Below, piece by piece: positions 34,786-42,403 of a stretch of DNA of 42,403 nt (within the stretch, counting starts at the first letter, position 1; every line of letters starts with the position of its first letter). Source of the stretch: a virus (Duplodnaviria; Caudoviricetes); IMG/VR virus record IMGVR_UViG_3300046786_000606, positions 1 to 42,403 of that record; one strand, 5' to 3'. The position numbers were made by a program, and so were the translations under genes. The notes beneath the pieces are model-generated. The model made no database searches. It was given only the letters and a program-made list of their open reading frames with translations, and was not told the DNA's origin.

Positions 34786-34855
34786 AATATTTTTGTTTAA
34801 CTTCGTAATAATTATCTTCGTAAGTTTATCGACCGCTCACTTATTAAGTGTATAT

Positions 34856-34884
34856 AGTATAAGCTAACGGTTAGTTGAGGTCAA
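34856..34884 (-). promoter_or_regulatory. Promoter TTGACC-17-TATACT containing palindrome CTAAC-n-GTTAG
   Basis: Direct motif read; TTATCCACA at 34893-34901. Confidence 0.7.
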
Positions 34885-35479
34885 GAGGGTGGTTATCCAC
34901 ATATTTCTGCATTTCTTTGACCGTAGACTTGATCAACAGACCAGTTTGCAGGATATCCCTCATAGTAAATTTGGTCTCAAATGTTATAGGTACCACAGGA
35001 TCGTCACGAAAGGAGATTGTCTTTATGAAGTCCCCAGTCTCTTCTTTCTTTGTTGGAAGCCAGTGGATCCGGCAAGTAAATTTCTCTGGCGATATCTTTG
35101 TGTTGATATAAATGAGCATGAGATAAACTTTGAGTTGCAATGAATCTTTTATGCGTTTATGGTCCCATGCTTTAACGCCAGTTTTGTAGTCCGCTAGAAT
35201 TTGATTGTCTAAATCAAGGCCGTCAAACTTGCCGATCAAATGTATACCACTAAATAGAGCACGCATTTCTTTCTGCATAAGTGGATAACGTGGAACCTGT
35301 GGGAGATAGGTTGGGTCTGTCTCGATGAGTTTGTCTACCTTGGATCCAAACGTAAGTTCCTCCGATGTTTGTCTTTGGTTGAGGATATAGGTATTGTACC
35401 ACTGCTCTTTGTTATACAAAAAAGAGTTCAGGTTTGAGGGGGAGAGGGGTCGGGTTTTGAAGGTGGGGTCGAAGGTCAT
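34871..35479 (-). CDS. PD-(D/E)XK exonuclease (Cas4/RecB-like)
   Basis: LSPSNL, FGSKV, GKFDG, LADYKTG, QLKVY. Confidence 0.85.
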   Translation of the reverse strand: MTFDPTFKTRPLSPSNLNSFLYNKEQWYNTYILNQRQTSEELTFGSKVDKLIETDPTYLPQVPRYPLMQKEMRALFSGIHLIGKFDGLDLDNQILADYKTGVKAWDHKRIKDSLQLKVYLMLIYINTKISPEKFTCRIHWLPTKKEETGDFIKTISFRDDPVVPITFETKFTMRDILQTGLLIKSTVKEMQKYVDNHPLDLN

Positions 35480-35775
35480 TAGAATAATTTATTATTAACA
35501 GGAACTTTACCGATATATATATTTTTCCTACGCTGTCTTTCTTTCTCTTGGTTGTTTTTAATAATATCCACAAACAGATGACTATTGCCAGTCTTTTCAA
35601 ATAGTTCCCAAAAATATTGTTTATTCATTATTTCTTTAAGACTTTTTATTTCTGGGATAAATTCCGTATATTGATAATTGTCTTTTTCTGTTTGTTTGGA
35701 CTCTAAATATATTACATGTTCAATATCACATCGCCTAAGCCAAACTTTTCTAAATAATATCAAGTCGTTATTCAT
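35479..35775 (-). CDS. Hypothetical protein
   Basis: Coupled at both ends in operon. Confidence 0.65.
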   Translation of the reverse strand: MNNDLILFRKVWLRRCDIEHVIYLESKQTEKDNYQYTEFIPEIKSLKEIMNKQYFWELFEKTGNSHLFVDIIKNNQEKERQRRKNIYIGKVPVNNKLF

Positions 35776-37367
35776 ATTTTGATAGAATTAACCATATCAT
35801 CTAATTCTCTATCACCATCATTTGCTGATTGTAGTTTCATTCCAATATACTTACGATCACGGCGATGACCTACTCTTATCTGTTTTATATTGTTGGTCTC
35901 TCCAGCAAACCTTTTTAGTTCTCGCTCAAAGGTAAAAGATGATGTCGCTTTAATTCCATTCTCTTCACAGAAAAGACGGAAGCCTGTTGCTGGTGCATCC
36001 TTACTTCCTAGCTCACCATACAATTCCTTGGCACTCATCTCATCAGTATAGTCAGGAGAAAAATCATATGTCATTTCCATATAAGCATAAACGGGGGAAC
36101 TTTGTAACAGATTGTCATGCAAATCTTCTTTACTATCATCGTTTATGACAAAGCCATTTTTTATCGTTTTTGCACCTTCTATTGCCCAATTAAGTATACC
36201 TGGTCCTTCTTTCTCAAGTAGTACCTGGTCATAGCGATTTATTCTTTCAGATTCTTTGAAGTGGTGATGAAATGGGATAGATATCATGCGGTGTTTCATA
36301 CCTTGATACTCAATAAAGCGTGGCAGATCATTACAAGCAATAATAAATTTTGCTTTAACAGTGTACAAAAATGCTGGCTTGTATTTTGGATTGATTTCAA
36401 CTACTCCTTCGGCGGCCATAGCGGTAAGTCTCGAGGATTCGATAAATTTTGATGATATCTCATCGGAAAAATTTATCTGCTTCCCGACAATGGAGGTCAT
36501 TATTGATGAGTTCTCATTCGCTATTTGATTGAGGGTCAACGTCGATACGTTACCAACTCCAATTAGTCCACATAGGATTTTTGCACAGGTTGATTTACCA
36601 TTTCTAGCAGTATCACCGTAGAGATAAAATACCTTATGCATTGGATTGCCGTCCATAATACTGTAACCGAACATCTGTTTTATCATCATAGCTGTATCAC
36701 TATTTTTGACCGATACAGTCTCAATGAATTTATCGAACTCCGGGCACTTTGCGCTAGGATCATATTCGTAAGGGACTTGAACGGTCGAAAAATAATCAGG
36801 TGTATGTGGTGACAAATGAAATGTCTCCATATCAAGTAATCCATTTTTTAGGTTCAGGTACCACTTTTTATGCAACAATTCGTCTTCTGAATAATGTCTA
36901 CCTTTTATTCCAGAGAGTAGGGAGGCAATTCTCGACATCGTATCTTCAACTTTTCTTTTACTTGTCCTATGTTCAAGTAACCCCTCTTTACGCATAAGTT
37001 CATCAATATAATTATACATATCTCGCTCATAAAGTAATTTGTATACACCGTTAACATACTCATAGAATTGTGAGCTTTCTCCTCTTGAGAATATGACAAG
37101 ATTTGGATAACTAGTAATGAATTTATTATCGAGTAGGCTATACTGTTTTTCTTTTTCCTCTCGACCCATCTGAATGGCGCCAATTACAGCGTCATTCTTG
37201 AATTTATTTTTTAGATAATCTTCAACGTATGGCGAAGTGACACCCTCAAAGTCTTTTGAAATCTCCAAGATGTCTTCTTTAGTCGCACCCCTTGAAAGAT
37301 GATACGAAGCGGTTGATGGAAATTTATATTTCGGCTTTAGCTTTTTTTCTGTAGATTGTTTCTTCAT
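35772..37367 (-). CDS. P4/D5-family SF3 helicase (primase C-terminal type)
   Basis: LNLKNGLLD...PHTPDYFST D5-N motif; Walker A GDTARNGKST; FSDE; ACNDLP. Confidence 0.92.
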   Translation of the reverse strand: MKKQSTEKKLKPKYKFPSTASYHLSRGATKEDILEISKDFEGVTSPYVEDYLKNKFKNDAVIGAIQMGREEKEKQYSLLDNKFITSYPNLVIFSRGESSQFYEYVNGVYKLLYERDMYNYIDELMRKEGLLEHRTSKRKVEDTMSRIASLLSGIKGRHYSEDELLHKKWYLNLKNGLLDMETFHLSPHTPDYFSTVQVPYEYDPSAKCPEFDKFIETVSVKNSDTAMMIKQMFGYSIMDGNPMHKVFYLYGDTARNGKSTCAKILCGLIGVGNVSTLTLNQIANENSSIMTSIVGKQINFSDEISSKFIESSRLTAMAAEGVVEINPKYKPAFLYTVKAKFIIACNDLPRFIEYQGMKHRMISIPFHHHFKESERINRYDQVLLEKEGPGILNWAIEGAKTIKNGFVINDDSKEDLHDNLLQSSPVYAYMEMTYDFSPDYTDEMSAKELYGELGSKDAPATGFRLFCEENGIKATSSFTFERELKRFAGETNNIKQIRVGHRRDRKYIGMKLQSANDGDRELDDMVNSIKI

Positions 37368-38236
37368 AGGAGATTGTTTGCAATTTTATAATTTTCCATA
37401 ACTAATGCTTTCGCCGTAGCATTAAAGTCACCACCATATTTCAAAGCAGCAAGTAGTGAAAATTTAGTATAACCTTTTTTCTGTTCCAGTTCGGGGAAGA
37501 ATTTAGTGAACGGAAAAAATAGATCGTAACCTTTCCAATTAGTCGAAGCTGATATGCCTTTATTCTTTCCGGGACGCCTCCAAAACTGTGTTGGCGTAGC
37601 TCTACCAACCTTAACCCAACCTAGAGGAATAAGAACCTCTTCCCATGAAGCGAGGGCATTAAATATATCACCAGGACGGCCTTTTTCTGAATGTGGTCTA
37701 GGGATATAAGGAGTGAAGTCAGTTGACTCTTTCTCAGGCTCTAGGTCTTCCAAAACCTTTGCAAGTAGATCATCCGGTAGGTGAGTGATCGGCACATCGT
37801 TTATAATCGTATATTTACCATTTTCAAATGTTGTTGGTGGACAGAACACAAGAGCACCATTGGATTGAACATCAACAAATTTTAGTATTCCACTTTTAGG
37901 TTCTTTTTTATGTTTCGTTGAACTAAGTAATGGATCATATAGAGTATAGAAATGGTAACCTCCGGAAGGCGTGCGAACTTCATAGAGTCCACGATTTTGA
38001 AATGGTGTTGGATCACCACCATATTTAGTATCAACATCAAAGACGACTATATTTGAAATCTCTCCACAGACTATTGCATAGTTTTGGACAGGTGAACGTA
38101 ACCAAGCAGAGATTTCTTTTTCTGTTGGCTTACGAGTTTGAAATGGTTTCCAAACTGTCAATATTTTCTTTTCTCTCGAAGCAGTATTAAAAAAACTGTA
38201 CCCACTTTCAACGTATCTTTTTATAAAATTTTGCAT
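37364..38236 (-). CDS. Bifunctional DNA primase/polymerase (Prim-Pol)
   Basis: WKPFQTRKPT, NYAIVCG, VVFDVD, VRTPSGGYHFY, DVQSNGALVFCPPT. Confidence 0.92.
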   Translation of the reverse strand: MQNFIKRYVESGYSFFNTASREKKILTVWKPFQTRKPTEKEISAWLRSPVQNYAIVCGEISNIVVFDVDTKYGGDPTPFQNRGLYEVRTPSGGYHFYTLYDPLLSSTKHKKEPKSGILKFVDVQSNGALVFCPPTTFENGKYTIINDVPITHLPDDLLAKVLEDLEPEKESTDFTPYIPRPHSEKGRPGDIFNALASWEEVLIPLGWVKVGRATPTQFWRRPGKNKGISASTNWKGYDLFFPFTKFFPELEQKKGYTKFSLLAALKYGGDFNATAKALVMENYKIANNLL

Positions 38237-38268
38237 ATGTTTTTAATTGTTACCGTCATAATGACAAT

Positions 38269-38296
38269 ATTATATACCTACTTGTACACAATGCAA
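38269..38296 (-). promoter_or_regulatory. Promoter TTGCAT-16-TATAAT for replication operon
   Basis: Direct motif read upstream of prim-pol ATG. Confidence 0.55.
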
Positions 38297-38399
38297 ATGT
38301 GTATAACTTATGCTAATATTTAATTAAGCATAATTTTTAATTATGCCGTCAACAGAAATACTCGCTATCTTGGTGTACCAGGTAAGTGGGTATTTTTGT

Positions 38400-38700
38400 T
38401 TTATATGCGGACAGCGACCAGCATGCGGACAGGAAGAAAAATGCTTGCTGTCCGCATTTCTGTCGCTATACAGAGCCATATGACCAGGTGACCATATAAT
38501 TTTAATCTAAAAAAGTTATGTATATAGTTGAACGTGTAGATATCCATATATACTATGTACGACGTACAGATACAGTATAACTTTGTTGAGCTTTTTTTGC
38601 GTTTTTGCTGTCCGCATTTTCGTGGCTCTATTGAGCCATTGACAGCAAATGCGGACAGCAACATGCCGGTCACCGTTGCTGGTCACATATGCCTGTTGTC
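38400..38700. repeat. Iteron-like ATGCGGACAG(C) repeats, putative replication origin
   Basis: Five copies in both orientations (about 38405, 38419, 38448, 38607, 38649), AT-rich spacer, between divergent arms next to prim-pol. Confidence 0.7.
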
Positions 38701-38892
38701 AAAATATGGCTAACTTTCGTTAAAAGTTATCCACTTTTGTTATTTGACTATCGGTTAGCTATTTGCTAAGCTAGTAAACGAAGCTTACCAATTAACTAAA
38801 AAACATGATTCAACTTGTATCAGGCGAGGTGGTCACCAATGAGGAGTACGAGAAAATTAGGGAAGCGATTAAAAATAATAATCCATTCAAAG

Positions 38893-39477
38893 ATGAACAA
38901 TAAAGAACTAGTGCCATTAAAGAAAAAGATTGAGGTAGTCGCGGATAGGGTATCAAAGTTTGAGATTAAAAGTGCAGATGATCTAAAGGAAGCTGTTGTG
39001 GTCTTAAGTGAGATGAATAAGTATGCCGACTCGGTTAAGGAAAAAAAGGAGTTGATTACCAAACCTTTGAATCTAGCGCTTAAGAACGCAAGGGCTATGT
39101 TTGCTCCACTTGAGGAGATATATGAAAGTGCTATCTCTATGCTCCGTGGAAAGATGACACATTATCAAACACAACAGGTAGCTATTAAGAAAGCTGAAGA
39201 GCAGAAGTTAGCTGATCGTGTTACGAAAGGAACTCTCAAGATGGAAACTGCCATGAAGAAGATGGATGCGATTGCCCCGGTTGAGAAAGAGGTGGCTACG
39301 GATAGTGGGCTAGTACAATTCCGTGAGGTTAAAAGATTCGAGGTTGTAGACATTAAGGTTTTACCAATTGAGTATCACATGGCTAATGAGACTATGATCA
39401 CTAAGGCCATGAAGGAAGGGAAAGAGATTATTGGCGTAAGGTACTATGTTGAACAGGTACCAGTTAACTATAGATAA
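38893..39477 (+). CDS. Coiled-coil phage protein, allele B of 320-907
   Basis: Same motifs (ITKP, TDSG.V.FRE, GVRY), strongly diverged. Confidence 0.75.
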   Translation: MNNKELVPLKKKIEVVADRVSKFEIKSADDLKEAVVVLSEMNKYADSVKEKKELITKPLNLALKNARAMFAPLEEIYESAISMLRGKMTHYQTQQVAIKKAEEQKLADRVTKGTLKMETAMKKMDAIAPVEKEVATDSGLVQFREVKRFEVVDIKVLPIEYHMANETMITKAMKEGKEIIGVRYYVEQVPVNYR

Positions 39478-39602
39478 CATGAATAAACAATTTATCGAGG
39501 ATGCACAAGCGGACTTCTTTATGAAGCGAATGGCTAGACAAGGTATCGTTGCGGGATTGATCGTGACTTTAGTAGTAGTGGTTATTGCTAATCTATAATT
39601 AT

Positions 39603-40115
39603 ATGACAAAAATTTATTATGGTCGGGATTTAATTGGAAGGTTCAATTGTGATGGACGTAAGTATTCAAAGTTCCAGTTGTTCCTATTCAAGGCTAAACG
39701 TCTCTTTAAGACCTCATTAAAGGCCATGGCGGTATTTTGTGCAATAGGTTGGGGATTTGTGGCAGGTGGTCATTATTTTGCAAAGACAGACATTGTACGA
39801 GCTGAGGTTATCAAGGAAGTGGGTACCAAGTTTGAGGATATACCCATGCTAGTCAAGATTTGTACCGCAGAATCTGGTGGTAAACAGTTCAAAAAGAATG
39901 GTGATGTTGTAAGGGGTGTAGTTAATCCTTCAGATGTAGGGATATGTCAGATCAACGAGTATATCAATAATGATGAGGCTCGAAGACTTGGTTATGATAT
40001 ATTTACAGAAAAGGGTAACAAGGATTATGCTGTGTATCTATTTATGCACAGAGGTACAGAACCGTGGAATAGTAGTAGAAATGTGTGGTGTAAGGGGTGT
40101 TCTAAATTACAATAA
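39603..40115 (+). CDS. SLT/lysozyme-like protein, allele B
   Basis: ICTAESGG, DVGICQIN, GTEPWNSS. Confidence 0.75.
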   Translation: MTKIYYGRDLIGRFNCDGRKYSKFQLFLFKAKRLFKTSLKAMAVFCAIGWGFVAGGHYFAKTDIVRAEVIKEVGTKFEDIPMLVKICTAESGGKQFKKNGDVVRGVVNPSDVGICQINEYINNDEARRLGYDIFTEKGNKDYAVYLFMHRGTEPWNSSRNVWCKGCSKLQ

Positions 40116-40225
40116 TATGAACACCGTCAAAATAAAGTGGAGTGGTTTATGGGTAATAGCACTGTTCTTGTTTATGATTGTGCTTATGTTGAGCGATATT
40201 AGTAGTAAACTAACTTGTAGCTAAT

Positions 40226-40426
40226 ATGATAATCAACACAAAGTTTGTTACAATACAGCAGGCAGGCATGGCGTGTTTGAAACGTCAATTGGAAATAGAT
40301 GAGGCCAACTTGCCGGATTACGAAAGGCCTTTGAAGAAGATTAAAGGGACACATAAGAATTACTTTCAGACACAGGCGGCTAAACACGGATTTGTCATGG
40401 CGGTAGTTAGATGTAATTTGCCTTAA
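40226..40426 (+). CDS. Hypothetical protein, allele B of 1639-1839
   Basis: Direct similarity. Confidence 0.8.
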   Translation: MIINTKFVTIQQAGMACLKRQLEIDEANLPDYERPLKKIKGTHKNYFQTQAAKHGFVMAVVRCNLP

Positions 40427-40451
40427 TTACTATTAGTGATAATATATACAT

Positions 40452-40640
40452 ATGAAAGACATATCTATTGTTCAAAAATTGATTACGGTATTCGTTCTAT
40501 TGGTCATGTTGGTAATTGGATTGACGGTATTGCTTAAGCCAGAACCTGTTAAGTATGGACCATTTTATCCCGATCCAACTCCTACTCCTACTCCAATGTC
40601 TGGACCAATGCCTGTTTACCCTAATAGTGGAAAAGAATAG
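40452..40640 (+). CDS. Membrane protein with Pro/Thr tail, allele B
   Basis: Direct similarity to 1865-2047. Confidence 0.8.
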   Translation: MKDISIVQKLITVFVLLVMLVIGLTVLLKPEPVKYGPFYPDPTPTPTPMSGPMPVYPNSGKE

Positions 40641-40688
40641 TACAACTAGCCCATTGACTGGGGCTTTTTGTTTGGTATAATATATTTA

Positions 40689-41489
40689 ATGAAAGATATT
40701 TATCTAACTCCTGAGGTTAATAACCCTGTTTTAGAAACTCCTGATTCTATAGTCCGTGTCACACCACTCATTCGTGTAAATTACGATAGGGGTATTTTTG
40801 CTTATTACGAAGGTGCTGAGTATCCTCAGAAAGGAATGACCCCGGTTGAAGTGATGAGATCGATAAATATCGTAAAGGCGATTGTCTCTGGTGTACTAAG
40901 TTTTAGATTTAATCTTTTGAGTTTGTTAATGGCCTTCAATCGAATAGGAAATAAAGCCATTGAACAGTATTTATTGAAAGATGAATACCGAACGGCAGGT
41001 ACATTGGAATTGTGTAGGATAGTATACGACTTTATTTTTTCATTGACCTCTAATGACACTGTAGCGCTTCATTTTTCAAGAATATTCTCACATTTGATTG
41101 AATATGATAATGCTTACAGATTGAGGTTCCTTGATCTAGGGAGTGAAACTACAAAAGAAAAATTGTTAAAGAATCCGAGAAAAGAAATGAAAAGATTGGT
41201 TAAGTTATTGACTGAGCGTGAGGTCTTCTTGGGAAAAGATGTGAGTGATAAATTTAATAAGGTTGTATCAATATTGTCTTGGCTATTATTTATTCCTAAA
41301 TATAGAAAAGCATTTAAGTATGCTATCCATATGGCCGATTGGGAAAAGATGACATTTGATAACACTGACCGATATTGGGCGTGTCTCCGGACTGATTATG
41401 ATTTCTTTGGATTATCATATGATGAAAGAATGAAGATGATAAAAGATAATGGGTATAGTATCCCTGTTCAAAAAGAAATAAAGATATGA
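40689..41489 (+). CDS. Hypothetical protein, allele B of 2095-2895
   Basis: Direct similarity; ATG 40689 follows TATAAT. Confidence 0.85.
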   Translation: MKDIYLTPEVNNPVLETPDSIVRVTPLIRVNYDRGIFAYYEGAEYPQKGMTPVEVMRSINIVKAIVSGVLSFRFNLLSLLMAFNRIGNKAIEQYLLKDEYRTAGTLELCRIVYDFIFSLTSNDTVALHFSRIFSHLIEYDNAYRLRFLDLGSETTKEKLLKNPRKEMKRLVKLLTEREVFLGKDVSDKFNKVVSILSWLLFIPKYRKAFKYAIHMADWEKMTFDNTDRYWACLRTDYDFFGLSYDERMKMIKDNGYSIPVQKEIKI

Positions 41490-41887
41490 ATACTGAAGAG
41501 ATAAGAAATGAATACACAAAGCGGTATGATAAAGGTTTTCTTAACCATGGTGTTCGTGCATGGTTTTATTTACAGAAAGGTTTGAATTTAATAAATGAGT
41601 TCAAGTATTTGGTGGCTGGTATATTGGCTCTTTACTACACTTTGAAATTAGATTCTTTTTGGTTTCTTATTGCTATATTTGCTGTCTCTATCCCTGTGTT
41701 GACATTCATAGGTTGGTTCCACACGCATAAGATGTCAAAGGCGATGGAGTGGACGGCTATGGTATTTTCGTCATATTTTGCAAGGTATAATGTGGATTTG
41801 AATGAAAAGACTGCGGATCATACTGCAAAGAACACTAAATTGTTGGAGGCCATATTGCAAGAATTACAAAATAAAGGTAAAATATAA
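41486..41887 (+). CDS. Membrane protein, allele B of 2892-3293
   Basis: Direct similarity. Confidence 0.8.
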   Translation: MNTEEIRNEYTKRYDKGFLNHGVRAWFYLQKGLNLINEFKYLVAGILALYYTLKLDSFWFLIAIFAVSIPVLTFIGWFHTHKMSKAMEWTAMVFSSYFARYNVDLNEKTADHTAKNTKLLEAILQELQNKGKI

Positions 41888-41889
41888 CT

Positions 41890-42165
41890 ATGAATCCACT
41901 TGTTTATAAGATAGTAATGAGTGTCCAGAATTTGAAGACTAAAGATAAAAAGTTTGTCGATATTCTTTCGGTCGATATCCACTATTGGAAAACTTCTGAA
42001 GATCGAAAAGCTTTTCAACAGTTTGTTAATGATGATAATGCTAAGGAAGCTAGTGAAAAGATTTCTGTAGTTTCTGGACAAATAGCTTTTGATGCTAATT
42101 TAGAGTTCAAAAGACAGGTGAACGCAATTATTGATGAAGCGTTGAGGTTGAAAGAGGGGAAGTAA
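41890..42165 (+). CDS. Hypothetical protein, allele B of 3296-3571
   Basis: Direct similarity. Confidence 0.8.
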   Translation: MNPLVYKIVMSVQNLKTKDKKFVDILSVDIHYWKTSEDRKAFQQFVNDDNAKEASEKISVVSGQIAFDANLEFKRQVNAIIDEALRLKEGK

Positions 42166-42192
42166 TTGGTTATTTGGTTTTAGTCCAATTTT

Positions 42193-42403
42193 ATGGCAGC
42201 ATCACCAGAACAAGCAAGAATAAATGGTAGAAAAGGTGGCAGACCAAAAGCTGCTCATACTATTACAGCTGAAGCGGGCAAAGCTTTGCTTATAAAAATG
42301 TATCTTGAGAATATCATTCCGATCAATGAGGCATTATTAAAGAAAGCGAGAGAAGGCGATATGCAGGCTATCAAAGAACTACACGATCGTGTTTACAATA
42401 AAG
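42193..42403 (+). CDS. terS: Terminase small subunit, allele B, truncated by window end
   Basis: MAASPEQARINGRKGGRPKAAHTITAEAGK..., merges into sequence identical to copy A. Confidence 0.75.
   Translation, partial: MAASPEQARINGRKGGRPKAAHTITAEAGKALLIKMYLENIIPINEALLKKAREGDMQAIKELHDRVYNK

Larger units (their letters stand above)
1..38574. mobile_element. Complete unit-length tailed phage genome (podovirus-like, P22-type virion module), probably non-integrating
   Basis: Terminase-portal-scaffold-capsid-adaptor-stabilisation-ejection-fibre-lysis order on +, replication module on -; sequence returns to base 1 context at 38575; no integrase or repressor recognised. Confidence 0.93.
38575..42403 (+). 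repeat. Diverged direct repeat, copy B (allele B)
   Basis: Collinear with 1-3813. Confidence 0.97.

Noticed and set aside
34871-35479. Cas4 as part of a CRISPR system
   Set aside because: Lacks Fe-S cysteines and any cas/array context; ordinary phage exonuclease
38401-38673. - strand 90-aa ORF and other short antisense ORFs in the track
   Set aside because: Overlap the iteron region or lie antisense to well-supported genes; no coding features
1-42403. Stop-codon reassignment, tRNA genes, integrase, introns
   Set aside because: Core genes are full length in code 11 and use all three stops; no cloverleaf, recombinase motif or split gene recognised by eye

Overview
The window is an apparently complete, about 38.6 kb podovirus-like (P22-type head/tail) dsDNA phage genome read slightly more than once round. 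Bases 1-3813 recur as a clearly diverged second allele at 38575-42403. The + strand carries an accessory/early module, terminase, portal, scaffold, capsid, tail/ejection, fibre and lysis genes. The - strand carries prim-pol, SF3 helicase, PD-(D/E)XK nuclease, SNF2-like helicase, resolvase and many small ORFs. There are three free-standing HNH genes. I found no integrase, reverse transcriptase, tRNA or CRISPR array. The AT-rich, mostly SD-less starts would fit a Patescibacteria/CPR-type host, but this is inference only. The most striking unexplained feature is a promoter-led structured non-coding locus (about 30970-31375, - strand). A 21-bp closing stem in it encloses a perfect 54-nt copy of the major capsid gene (9378-9431), next to further pseudoknot-like RNAs and a Gly-Tyr/GGGNNN peptide gene. 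Product calls are by motif and synteny recognition, without database searches.
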